Shown here: piece by piece, positions 52,950 through 64,000 of the stretch
Numbering within the stretch: position 1 is the stretch's first letter
Layout: each line of letters opens with the position of its first letter
Assembly (NCBI RefSeq): GCF_023055435.1
Contig: NW_025964361.1
Location: forward strand, 38,130,001-38,194,000
Length of the DNA stretch: 64,000 nucleotides
Reading direction: 5' to 3'
Origin: Haliotis rufescens
Lineage: Eukaryota
The notes under the pieces: generated by a model
The model's database searches: none
What the model was told of the DNA's origin: nothing
What the model saw: only the letters and a program-made list of their open reading frames with translations
Translations under genes and position numbers: made by a program

Positions 52950-53053
52950 TCCGAGTATATCATAAACATGTGTTAATGAATTACTATCAAATAATGATAA
53001 TATCAGGTGTTCGCGAAAACGTGAGCGTATCCTGCCCGCCGGGAACACCCGTC
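52950..53053 (-). mobile_element. Naiad-type 3' terminal motif
   Basis: Reverse complement reads gacgggtgttcccggcgggcaggatacgctcacgttttcgcgaacacctg. Confidence 0.7.
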
Positions 53054-54715
53054 GTGTCCACTGATTCTATAATACATTACGTGCCTAAAGTTGACTCGCT
53101 GGCCAACCTGACACCGATTAAGTTCTTATTTAGTACCTACCAATATGGTTGATACAGGTAACATGCGTGTAACATGGGTTACACTCATATGCAGTACGGT
53201 GTTGTATATACTAGTAGGTAAAAGGTACCGCAGCAGGTGTGATACTATACAAACGGGTGAAACATCCTTGATATAATAACTAGGCATTCAACAGCTATTA
53301 CGTGTACATGTGAACCCAGTCTGGTCTTAAAGCCACAATATAAACAAAACATTTTGGCAACATTATCCGGTTCCTTTTCCGAGTGCAGCAAGTTAAACAC
53401 ACCGCCCCCAGTTCCGCAGCAAATGTCACCTGTTTGAAAATATCTGTGGTCAGATTCAGCGTAAGCAATCATGTAAAAAGTAAAAAAAGACCGCACTACA
53501 TATTGACAAACATGGTCAGTTTTAATTACTGGATGGATGTACATTTAAAAAACATAAAAATATGACACAAAATCATCCAATCACATCTGCTAGATTTCTC
53601 AATCTACTTTCAGTCTTCCAAAATTGCTGGTCGAACGACTGATTCTGATTTGGTGTTGTTGAACCTGATTAATAACGAAAGTGAAATCCTTGACAGGAAA
53701 GTGTATATTATATATGTCGCTCTGTCAGAAATAGTGGTAATGCCTTCTATCAATCATTCAAGTAGGTTACACACAACCAAATATTTTCCTACAGACAGAC
53801 AGGCAGACAGATTTATTTGAATATGATTCATACACTATTATTGTCAGCGCATTGAACATGTCTTCGTTCTTGCACTTTATACATTATACACACAAGTATA
53901 ATTTTCCACATAATAAATTTTGGATGTCAGGACTTCAATAAAAGATATAAAAAGATAACGACCTAACATAAACTACTGGACAAAGAAAGTATACACATGA
54001 ACTTGGATTTGACCAAAAAATATAAACTGCCGGGAAAAAGAAGATACACACTCTGAACTTGGATTTGACCAAAATATTTCACACGTTATCAAGACGTTAC
54101 TAGACTGAAAACAGTCGCCGAAACACTGCAAACTTAGTCAGATTATTGATGAAGATTATCAAATAATCGTTTGAAAGTTGGTATAAAACTGTTCAGGTGG
54201 CCTTCATGTTTGTTTGTTTGTTGCCACCCAAACAAATCGAAATCGAAACCGAAATAGTAAACTGAGGGACAAAAGAAAGTATACCGAGCTTGTTTTTATG
54301 CATGAGGATTATATTTATTCACCCATCACTCATTCCAGCAGCCGTCTGTAAAACGTAATCTGTAGCTGGGTAATTTGTGTAAAAGTAACTTGGTTCAATG
54401 AAGTCTGGGGTAAGAAATGGATTTTTAACCACACGATCCCTACCATGTTTGAAATGTGGTACATGTGCGAAAAAAGCATATTTTTCTGTTTTCAAATAAG
54501 ATGTCAAAGATACTCATCAGTTGTGTATTATGTATTATTTTTATTTTAAAAGTTTTAAATCAAAGCAGACTTTAAAAAAGTTACCAGTTGTTGTTTCTTG
54601 TTTTCAGAAGAGACCAGAAAACCTTGAAGGCATCTATAGTGACGTTATACATTTTTGAAATACCTCGGTATTCATGCACACGTGTGCATGCATGATTATT
54701 CCTTCTAAATACAAA

Positions 54716-54981
54716 GGAGCACGGATGCCTTAGTTGTTTAAGGCGCCGCAATTCGCTGTGCAGAGTTGCGTCCCTTTGGCACGAGAAACCTATGATAGTG
54801 GGTTCGAATCCCAGTTCGCCCCGATTATCTTTCTAGGTTTGTCAGCATCATACCATGCTCGTGGGTTCCACCGAAGTGGTAAAAGACCTGCATCAGTTCG
54901 GGCTTTCTTCCCACATTAAGCTGACACACCGTGATATAACCGGGATGTTGTTAAAAGCGGCATTAAACACTACTCACTCAC
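54716..54981 (+). mobile_element. SINE family C, full length
   Basis: TSD tctaaatacaaa. Confidence 0.88.
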
Positions 54982-55482
54982 TCTAAATACAAAACGTAGC
55001 CGGCTTCCCACCTACATCACTGAGCAAAGGGAGCTAAGCACACCATCCGCAGTTGTTCACAATATGACACTTATATCTGTGGACACGTTCAACATAAGTG
55101 ACAATGTTAAAAGTACAGGACTAAATAGTGAAAATCATAGTCAGTTTTAGTTGCTGAGTGGGTGTAGATAATAAACCCCTCAACGAACTCATTTTACGCA
55201 CTGTCCTCCAATCACATCTGGCAGCCATCTCGCTGCACGTTCAGTCATTGACTTCTTCACAGCCACTACTTACTTGATCCATTACAGGGACTGTGGCAAT
55301 GGTGACAGACAGTATGTCAAGTAGAAGACATGATTGTATTATCGCCGTGGTGGGGCCAAGATCAACATGCATCTCTCTACAACATACATAGGCATGTGCT
55401 CTTAAGATGGAGACAACACAAAACCAAGAAGTTTTTTTTGGCATTTGGTGCCCTAAAATATCAAAGGAAAGATACTGAAATT

Positions 55483-55609
55483 TATGGAATACTGTAAGGG
55501 ACATTCTCGCGATCTCGCATTCTCGTGTTTTGGGCATATTTACCTCGTTTCCAAAGGTCGAGATCGCGAGAATGCGAGATCGCGAGAATGTCCCTTACAG
55601 TATTCCATA
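55483..55609. mobile_element. MITE with perfect 43-bp TIRs and a 6-bp TSD (IS3EU-like)
   Basis: tatggaatactgtaagggacattctcgcgatctcgcattctcg and its exact reverse complement, flanked by gaaatt on both sides. Confidence 0.8.
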
Positions 55610-55977
55610 GAAATTCGAATACTAATATTTTCCTGAAGGAAAGACACAAGAGACAAATGACCCAACGTTAGTATGAATTACGGTATTCAATGCACAAGGG
55701 TGTTGAGATTTTTGAAAGCTAAACCACAAAACCAATAACATAGAGGATTACACATCTGCATTTTCGCAAGTAATTTAGTTACCTTGAAAAGTTTGGTGAT
55801 ATAAGAACGAATGGTCAAGCATACGAGCTCCGTTCCCTCAATAGCGTTTAGGTTCCAAGGGTATTGCTTAGTCGCATGTGAGACTCTGTGAAGACTACTG
55901 TCTATAGACATCATCGACCAGGAGCTGTGCCTAATGCAATGGTGCCACACATAACTTTACTACCCCAGTGCAGTTGG

Positions 55978-56600
55978 GTCAATTCAAGTCATTTATTCCC
56001 AAAACCATCCATGGTGGTACAAGAGCATATTTCACAGCATATTTACAATTATGGAAATATGACACGTGATGAAAGACTCATAAACTAACAGTATGATATA
56101 CATTATCAGCGAGAATAACTGAAATATATTTAGCCAGTATGGTTTTACGCCGCGTTTAGCAATATTCCAGCAATATCAGGGCGGAAGACACCAGAAATAG
56201 GCTTCACTCATTGTACCCATGTGGGAAATCGAACCCGGGCCTTCGGCGTGACGAGCGAATGCTCTAACCACTTGGCTACCCCACCGCCCCTATATTAAGA
56301 AAGTTTCTTGATATCTTGTAGTCTTGTCGTTAATTCTAAATTTTAAATAGGCTTAGACAAGAAAATATTTTGCTGTAAATACATATATCTATGAGAGTTA
56401 AAATAAGGACGTTTAAGTTGTCAGTATAATTCGCCTGCAATAGATAGCTAGTCGCATGACGGCATGTTCTGTCCCCGCGGGGCAGACCACGCCATCTGCC
56501 TGTCTCTGTCGGTAAATTATGATAGGAGGCTCTGTAGTTATGCAAAGGCATTGACATATTGTGGGGAAGTAATAATAATTTCTCGAAAGAAGCACGGCAC
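55978..56600 (-). mobile_element. RTEX-like LINE 3' end carrying a SINE A insertion (56135-56290)
   Basis: YRASYHNLPTETGRWRGLPRGDRTC. The 3' end ttcaagtcatttatt...ggtggtacaagagcatat resembles 4095-4150. Confidence 0.7.
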
Positions 56601-57225
56601 ATAAACGGTGGAAGATCTCCAGGGCTCTATCGGGTGGCATTAAGCCTCTGGTTGGTACTCCTGAAGGTTCTGGAACCGTGCAATACCCTTGAGGGTGCCA
56701 TGCTTAACGTCCATGGTAAACATATTTATGGGGATTAGTGTAGTCTTCCTGATAGCCTAGTGCTCACGAGTGCTTACTGCAGGTTAGAGTGGGTATTGAC
56801 TCCGTACATTAGACACCTTTTGGGACCAGGGACCTTTTGTTTTGTGCATTTTTTTAACGTCAGAGTTTGCTGTTTGATGTTTTGCTGTACTGTCAGTTGG
56901 ATGCTGATTGACGAGTTGGGGAGGGTTGGTGTTTTGGGGTATGGTGCGTGTGGGTGGTGGGTGGACGGTGGTGGTGGGGGTGGTGGGGGTGGGGGGGGGG
57001 GGGGGGGGGTGGTTCATTTCGGGTAAGTAGCTTATGACTCTCAGACATAAAACTTGAATAATACGCCACAAGATTCCGTTGCCTTAAGAAACATTTGTTC
57101 GGATATGTGTCCGAGATAAAGTATCCATTTTAAACAGAGGGTTAGCACATTGGAAACGAGGATAAGCCCGCACTAGCACAAGGCTACCTTCACCACCACA
57201 AACACACACGCGCGAGCACCCACAC

Positions 57226-58273
57226 GACCATTGCTACACTTTACAGCCCTTTATACGGAGTGCGACCATTGCTACTCTGAACACCCCTTTATACGGAGTG
57301 CGACCATTGCTACTCTGAACACCCCTTTATACGGAGTGCAACCATTGCTACTCTGAACGCCCCTTTATATGGAGTGTGACCATTGCTACTCTATACGTCC
57401 CTTTATATGGAGTGCGACCATTGCTACTCTAAACGCCCCTTTATATGGAGTGTGACCATTGCTACTCTATACGTCCCTTTATAGGGAGTGCGACCATTGC
57501 TACTCTAAACGCCCCTTTATACGGAGTGAGGCCATTGCTACTCTATACGTCCCTTTATAAGGAGTGCGACCATTGCTACTCTGAACGCCCCTTTATACGG
57601 AGTGCGACCATTGCTACTCTGAACGCCCCTTTATATGGAGTGAGGCCATTGCTACTCTGAACGCCCCTTTATACGGAGTGAGGCCATTGCTACTCTGAAC
57701 GTCCCTTTATACGGAGTGAGGCCATTGCTACTCTGAACGTCCTTTTATACGGAGTGCGACAATTGCTACTCTGTGCGTCCCTTAATACGGAATGCGACCA
57801 TTGCTACTCTGAACGTCCCTTTATACGGAGTGAGGCCATTGCTACTCTGAACGCCCCTTTATACGGAGTGAGGCCATTGCTACTCTGAACGTCCCTTTAT
57901 ACGGAGTGAGGCCATTGCTACTCTGAACGTCCTTTTATACGGAGTGCGACAATTGCTACTCTGTGCGTCCCTTAATACGGAATGCGACCATTGCTACTCT
58001 GAACGTCCCTTTATACGGAGTGAGGCCATTGCTACTCTGAACGCCCCTTTATACGGAGTGAGGCCATTGCTACTCTGAACGCCCCTTTATACGGAGTGAG
58101 GCCATTGCTACTCTGAACGCCCCTTTATACGGAGTGAGGCCATTGCTACTCTGAACGTCCCTTTATACGGAGTGAGGCCATTGCTACTCTGAACGTCCTT
58201 TTATATGGAGTGCGACAATTGCTACTCTGTGCGTCCCTTAATACGGAATGCGACCATTGCTACTCTGAACGTC
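57226..58273. repeat. 38-bp minisatellite (about 27 units)
   Basis: Unit tttatacggagtgcgaccattgctactctgaacgcccc. Confidence 0.96.
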
Positions 58274-59179
58274 TGGTAGGTCATGTGTGATGTGAACAAC
58301 GTCGGACCTATTCGGAAACGTAACACACCCCTTAACTAAGGGAGATAACTCTACAAGAGGAGTTATCGTTTGTGTTATTTCCATGTTTGAGTGAGTATTG
58401 TTCCACGCCGAATCAGTAGTTTTGCGTTTTATGTCCGAGATATTTTAAAAAGTCGCCTCATGTTAAACTGAAAGAGCACTTAGATAACCTTTATAGGCAA
58501 TTTAGCCCAAGACCGATCAATAACGTCAGGTGACATTAACTCCCCTGTTGGTGTTACCATGACATTATATGTGCAATGTATCACTGCCGATATAAGCCGA
58601 AGAAGCATCATTTCAAAGTATTTAACACTTTAATACATTAGAAAAATAAGGCCTGAACTCTATTCATCTTAACAGTAACATAATCCCCAAGTCAGCGTCT
58701 GCATGATCCGAGTGTCATCTGCCCCCGGACTTGACAGATCAGCTGGTAGAAGATATCTGATAAAATTACTTTAAGATCGCCTGTGGCCTTGTCGTGATTG
58801 ATGATGCAAGGTTGCCCCGGAATGTCCGCGGAGTATTTTCAGAAAAAAACCCAGTAGGTTGTTCGTTTGAAATGAATACCTCGGAGATATTAAGGAGTTT
58901 TAGTGAACAAAACGCAAATGGTGCTGCTAATACAATTTTGAAACGCATTTATCAACTGTGTACACTGTGACAGAACGCGCATGAGGATGAGGATGTGGGA
59001 GGGATGCTGGTCCACCAACGAGCAACAGAACACCGGACAGATGTGCCATCGAAGTTGTTTGATTGCACTTTGACGTTATGATAAGAGGGACAGAACCTCG
59101 GATTTAGTTGTGATTGTTTAACATTTTCAAGGGATCTAACGGCCATGTTATATAAAGGTCAGTTGACTTTTACAACATT

Positions 59180-59636
59180 GTGGCGGTGAAGGTAGCCTAG
59201 TGGTTAAGCGTTCGCTCGTCACGCCGAAGACCCGGGTTCTATTCCCTACATGGATACAATGTGTGAAACCCATTTCTGGTGTCTTCCGCCGTGATATTAC
59301 TGGAATATTTCTAAAAGCGACGTAAAACCATACTGGCTAAATATATTTCAATAATTCGGCTGAAAATGTATATCATACTCTTAGTTTATGAGTCTTTCAT
59401 CACGTGTAATATTTCCATAATAATAAATATGCTGAGAAATATGCTCTTGTACCACCGTGGATGGTGTTGAGAATAAAATGACTTGAATTGACCCAACTGC
59501 ACTGAGGTAGTAAAGTTATGTGTGGCACCATTGCATCAGGCGCAGCTCCTTGTCGATGATGTCTATAGAAAAAAGTCTTCACAGATATTACTGGAATATT
59601 GCTAAAAACGGCGTAAAACCATAATCACTCACTCGC
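59180..59636 (+). mobile_element. SINE A with two tails and an internal inverted copy of 55885-56135
   Basis: TSD ttacaacatt encloses SINE, 250-bp foreign segment and second tail. Confidence 0.85.
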
Positions 59637-59729
59637 TTACAACATTACTGGAAGCTTCGAACAAGTACATGTGAGTACACAAATAAGACATTATATAGAC
59701 ACGAATATTAGACAACAACGTAAGGAAGA

Positions 59730-59889
59730 GTGAGTGAGTATGGTTTTACGCCGCTTTTAGCAACATTCCACCAATATCACGGCGGGGGACACCAGAAATG
59801 GGCTTCACACATTGTACCCATGTCGGGATTCGAACCGGGTCTTCGGCGTGACGAGCTAACGCTTTAACCTCTAGGCGACCCGACCGCCC
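59730..59889 (-). mobile_element. SINE family A, full length
   Basis: Perfect TSD aacgtaaggaaga. Confidence 0.93.
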
Positions 59890-60779
59890 AACGTAAGGAA
59901 GAAAAGATGTTGAAGACGCGTCTACAAGTTATTTTCTTGCAAGTCCCTGAAGAGAGGCAGTTTGTCCAGGCAGGTTACGTGACATGGGCTGGGATCTTGT
60001 CAGAGACAGATTACTGTTTTTAGGTCAGCGCTTCAAGACAATTGTTTTTTTCTTTGAAAGAATCAAAAAACAACTTTTGGGTACCACAACAAATTACTTT
60101 GCAGCACACCCTCTATGTCAAATGAACTTTTTTTCTTTCCAGCATTATCGGGGACAGATGTTTTGGTTTTCATGATCTCACCGCCCCACCACCAAAAAAT
60201 ACCAAATGGTCGCCCCCTAAATGAAGTTCTTCATAAATTGCGAAAAAAATGTATTGAAATTATGTATGGCGCGATTCCTGTATTCAAACTGGCAAATTCT
60301 TTGGAAAGTGGACAAACAACATAGAACAGTTCCTATGGTATATAGTTTTATTCTCACATATTCAATTATTCACAATAGTTATAATGTTAACGACTGCTTT
60401 CTGTATCACAATAAGAAATCTACAGGCTAGCGGTTGGTAATGGGTCCTGAGGGGAACACTCAACAACGAACAACAGCGGGTAGGAGAACAGCGGTACTGA
60501 GATGAATATACAGTCGTGAGGAAAGTACGATTTCATATGAACCATGTATATACATAATGTGTGGTGACCAACATAAGATTCATTGCTTGTTCCTAATGCG
60601 TGTTGACGTGACATACTACGCGACAGACAACTAGCTATATTCATTCCATTGGTTGAGGAACTTGATACGTAGAATGAACCTCCCTGGGTTGAGATATAAC
60701 TTTGGATAACATAGGAAGCTGGCAAAACACGCCTTTATTTCTATCGGAAATAATATATATCTAGTATTATCAAAGAAAT

Positions 60780-61032
60780 GATTTTGGTTTAAAACGGCTT
60801 TGAACAGTATTTCATACAGTTTTTCTTGGAAAGAACACCCAACGTGACACAGGACGTTGTCGGTTACAACTTTGGTGAGACCAACGACCGCAGGTTTGGT
60901 GCTGACAGACCAAGGATCCTTATCAGGGTTAATCTTGGATTCAAACCACAATAATCGTATCCTGGCGTAACTACGGAATACAACTCCGCACGGCGAATTG
61001 TAGCTCTTTGGAGCACAGGCCCACCCGTGCCC
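60780..61032 (-). mobile_element. Old diverged SINE C-related copy
   Basis: Recognisable tail, B box and cccacccgtgccc head end. Confidence 0.55.
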
Positions 61033-61250
61033 TGTTATGATCAAGGAGTTTAGGTATCTACAGGTTGATTCTATTGAACAGCTAACGGCACACCTGGATT
61101 ACCATCACGTGACCTTTAGTCGTAATCGAGTTTTCCAGACACACGCACCTTATCATTCATAATTTCTGTACATTCAGGGTGGGACAAATATGTCCATGGG
61201 TTCCAACCGTGTGTCAATGACATGTTCGCCCTCATGAATGTGGACCTATA

Positions 61251-61482
61251 TTGTTTGTTTGTTGTTTAACGCCGCACTCAGCAATATTCCTGCTATATAA
61301 CGGGGGTCTGTAAATATTCGAGTCTGGACCAGACAATCCAGTGGTTGACATCATGAGCATCGATCCGCACAATTAAGATACCTTGACATGCATCAACCAA
61401 GTCAGCAACCCTGACCACCCGACACCATTAGTCGCCTAGCATGGGTTGCTGAAGACCTATTTTAACCCGGGCTCCACGGGTA
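61251..61482 (-). mobile_element. SINE family B, full length
   Basis: Consensus match, (aaac)n tail, flanking acctat. Confidence 0.88.
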
Positions 61483-64000
61483 ACCTATTTTGTATCACCT
61501 AGGATCCCGATATATGCATTCCAAGCGACTTTGAGTCTTTCCACACTAAAGGGTACTGTCATCCTCCGATTGTTCTAGGCAAACTATGTCATGGAATTTG
61601 ACAGTCGCCTCGAACTGAGGACAAATAACAACGATGACCTGTGATTAACCCAGTTTGAAAAGTGACAATTTATAAGACGCATTAACAAATGGTTTTGACA
61701 CTACCATTCTTCAAAACAAGGTTGAAAATGAGGAACGAGTGATGAGTTTCATGTTACTATTTTTATCGAAAAATGTCTCCGATACTACAACTTGTATTCT
61801 TGTTTAGAATACATAATTATGTCAGACACAGTGTACCATGTTATGTCAGACCACTCCTAAATAAAAGCGACAAAACCCTTTCCATATTCATAAGGAATCT
61901 GTACTAAAAGCAGAGTCGATTGTAAGATTCCGATTATATCAAGACAAATATAAGAAACAGGTAAAACATTGCATAATGGACCTGGGTAGGGTTACGGGAA
62001 ATTCCGAAATCTCCCGAGTTGATGTCTGGATTTTCTACTTTCCCTCCCCGGTTATTTTCGCTCTTTGGGAGATGTCCACGATGCTTATGACATTGCACAA
62101 CACATCTTCATAACCTTACACCCTACGATAACTACTGTCATCAGTATTCTCTCAAATCTAATTTCTATCTTATGCCACAATGCACTGATATAATATGTGT
62201 CCATCTTGTTTTACACATTGAGGCGAGACTTATTTAGACTGGTAACTTGGGCACCCTTCATTATCATGCCCTGATGTACATCTAGCACATTGTGGCTAGA
62301 CTGTATTGCACAATGTACCTGTATTGCTCAGGGTGGATTAAGTTAAGTCTAACCTCGCTTATCCGGACTGCCCGGATAAACGAGTTTCCGAGTCAAAATA
62401 AACTCAATTATATAATGTTTAAGTCGGCTTGTTTTTAGATACAGTTTAACAAACGTGGTTATTTAAGTCTCGAAATCACCACTAAAATAAAATAAATGAG
62501 ATTAAATGTATCTGCTGTTTCGACGACCATTGAATCAATTCGTTGTGGCTGAGAAAACAGCATTGTTAGAAAATATGCTTCGCGTAAAACAAACGATCGA
62601 TCAAGGACTGCCGCTTGAATTGTTTGGAGGTAATATGGGTAGGAAACACGAAGATAGATATGAACACACACTGCACTGCAAAGGAGCTGTTCGACCATCA
62701 GTACCGTATTTGTTCTTGTAAATATCTTTTTTTTTAAATGTTTTTAACTTAAAATATAACTTTAAAATATGAACTAGGAAACATGAATTAATTCACAATA
62801 TTTACATTAATACATACTACGTTATATGGACTAGGATAACTTTAGTATATTTTCAACAAGCTCTTCCTTTCTATATCCAGCTTGAAGCAAGGTCAAAGTT
62901 AATGACCTTGACCTGTAATGACCTTGACCCAAAGTAAATGTTTTCTTATTAGCAGGCTTTTCACAAAAAGGAAATACACATATACAGTTATCCCATTCTC
63001 TAATCAGCTGATTAAACACAGTATCGCATGGATTGCATGCTGACTCCGTGTTGCAAGTGTAACACGTGATTGTCGCATGACTGGTTGATAACATAAAAGA
63101 CACTCCAATAGTATTCAGTGCAACACACATAACAACACAGTGTGTTCAAGCATGATGCAAAGTACATCGCAGTTACTGATCGTGGTAGCATATTGCCCAT
63201 AACACAAGCATGTTCAGTGTGATCCGATAGGGTGGACACTTCAACGGATTGTTGAACATGTTAAGAACAACTCGCACATATATACCTTCTTTACACATCA
63301 ATAATAGGTTAGCAGATTATTTGACATAAGCTCTCTGTAATCATTTCTATACATACCTATTTCATAAAATATGTCTATTGAATAATTTGCAAATCACACA
63401 CTAGGACGTGGTAGCAATATACAACGGCTTCTTCATTATTTATATACGAGTTGCAAATAATAGCAAAAATAAATTTTGATATTTTGGCATACTGGCATAA
63501 CAATTTACCTTAAATCTGCTAGATACAAAGCTTTTTTTCACTGCTACATGTTTTGCTTATTTGAGGACCGTTGCTGAGAACGAAACGGATCCAAACTGAC
63601 AGACTGATACGGATATACCAACAACAGTTACGAGTATGTACATGGAACGTTGTATTTGGGGACGTTAAAACTAACGTCTTTAACATTCCATCTAGTAAAC
63701 CATTATACAAATAACATACATACATTATATGATAATAAAATATACAAACATAACTTGTTTCCGGCATTTGTAACTGACTCCTGAAACAACGTAGTCGTCC
63801 AACTTTAACGTTAAACACAACAGTGATAAACCTACATAGTCATACACGAACATCGGTATACAGGGTGTTGCGTGTAAACACTAGTATCAAACAGCGACAA
63901 CGGTCTGGTTTTGTGACTTCTACACCAGACATCAAAGGACAACGATGACTTGACTCGCAAACTCCTTGTAATAGGCTAAGAATACTGCATGGGTATAAGC

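Noticed and set aside
52672-54660. Plus-strand small exons (after 52672, 53610, 54607)
   Set aside because: Acceptor-like sites exist but donors are weak and the peptides are unrecognisable.
1385-58273. CRISPR-like arrays
   Set aside because: All arrays are head-to-tail with no unique spacers, there are no cas genes, and the context is eukaryotic.

Overview
Eukaryotic, AT-rich, repeat-dense animal DNA. The SINE families point to a mollusc, most likely a gastropod such as abalone (inferred from recalled SINE domain sequences, not a database hit). There is one assembly gap (6580-7157). Most of the window is interspersed repeats: four SINE families in many copies, often with clear target-site duplications (A = tRNA-Asp-like head; B = structured head without a tRNA; C = Meta-domain-like; D = MD-domain-like). 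Also present are fragments of Naiad-type Penelope-like elements, RTEX-like LINEs, an R4/Dong-like RLE element, several MITEs and mini/microsatellites (24, 31, 33, 38, 54, 64 and 113 bp units). Nearly all long ORFs in the track are artefacts of these repeats. The only reasonably supported host coding sequence is a two-exon, phase-compatible minus-strand 3' end (1071-1200 + 152-326) encoding a divergent cystine-knot/TGF-beta-like Cys pattern. Best leads: (1) that gene; (2) a covarying pseudoknot at the 3' end of the Naiad copies; (3) a possible ribozyme-like fold at the sharply defined 5' end of SINE B; (4) a head-to-head SINE A/C chimera seen twice; (5) a SINE-mediated inverted templated insertion; (6) a site inside SINE A where three other SINE families join. 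All coordinates were read by eye; repeat edges are approximate.
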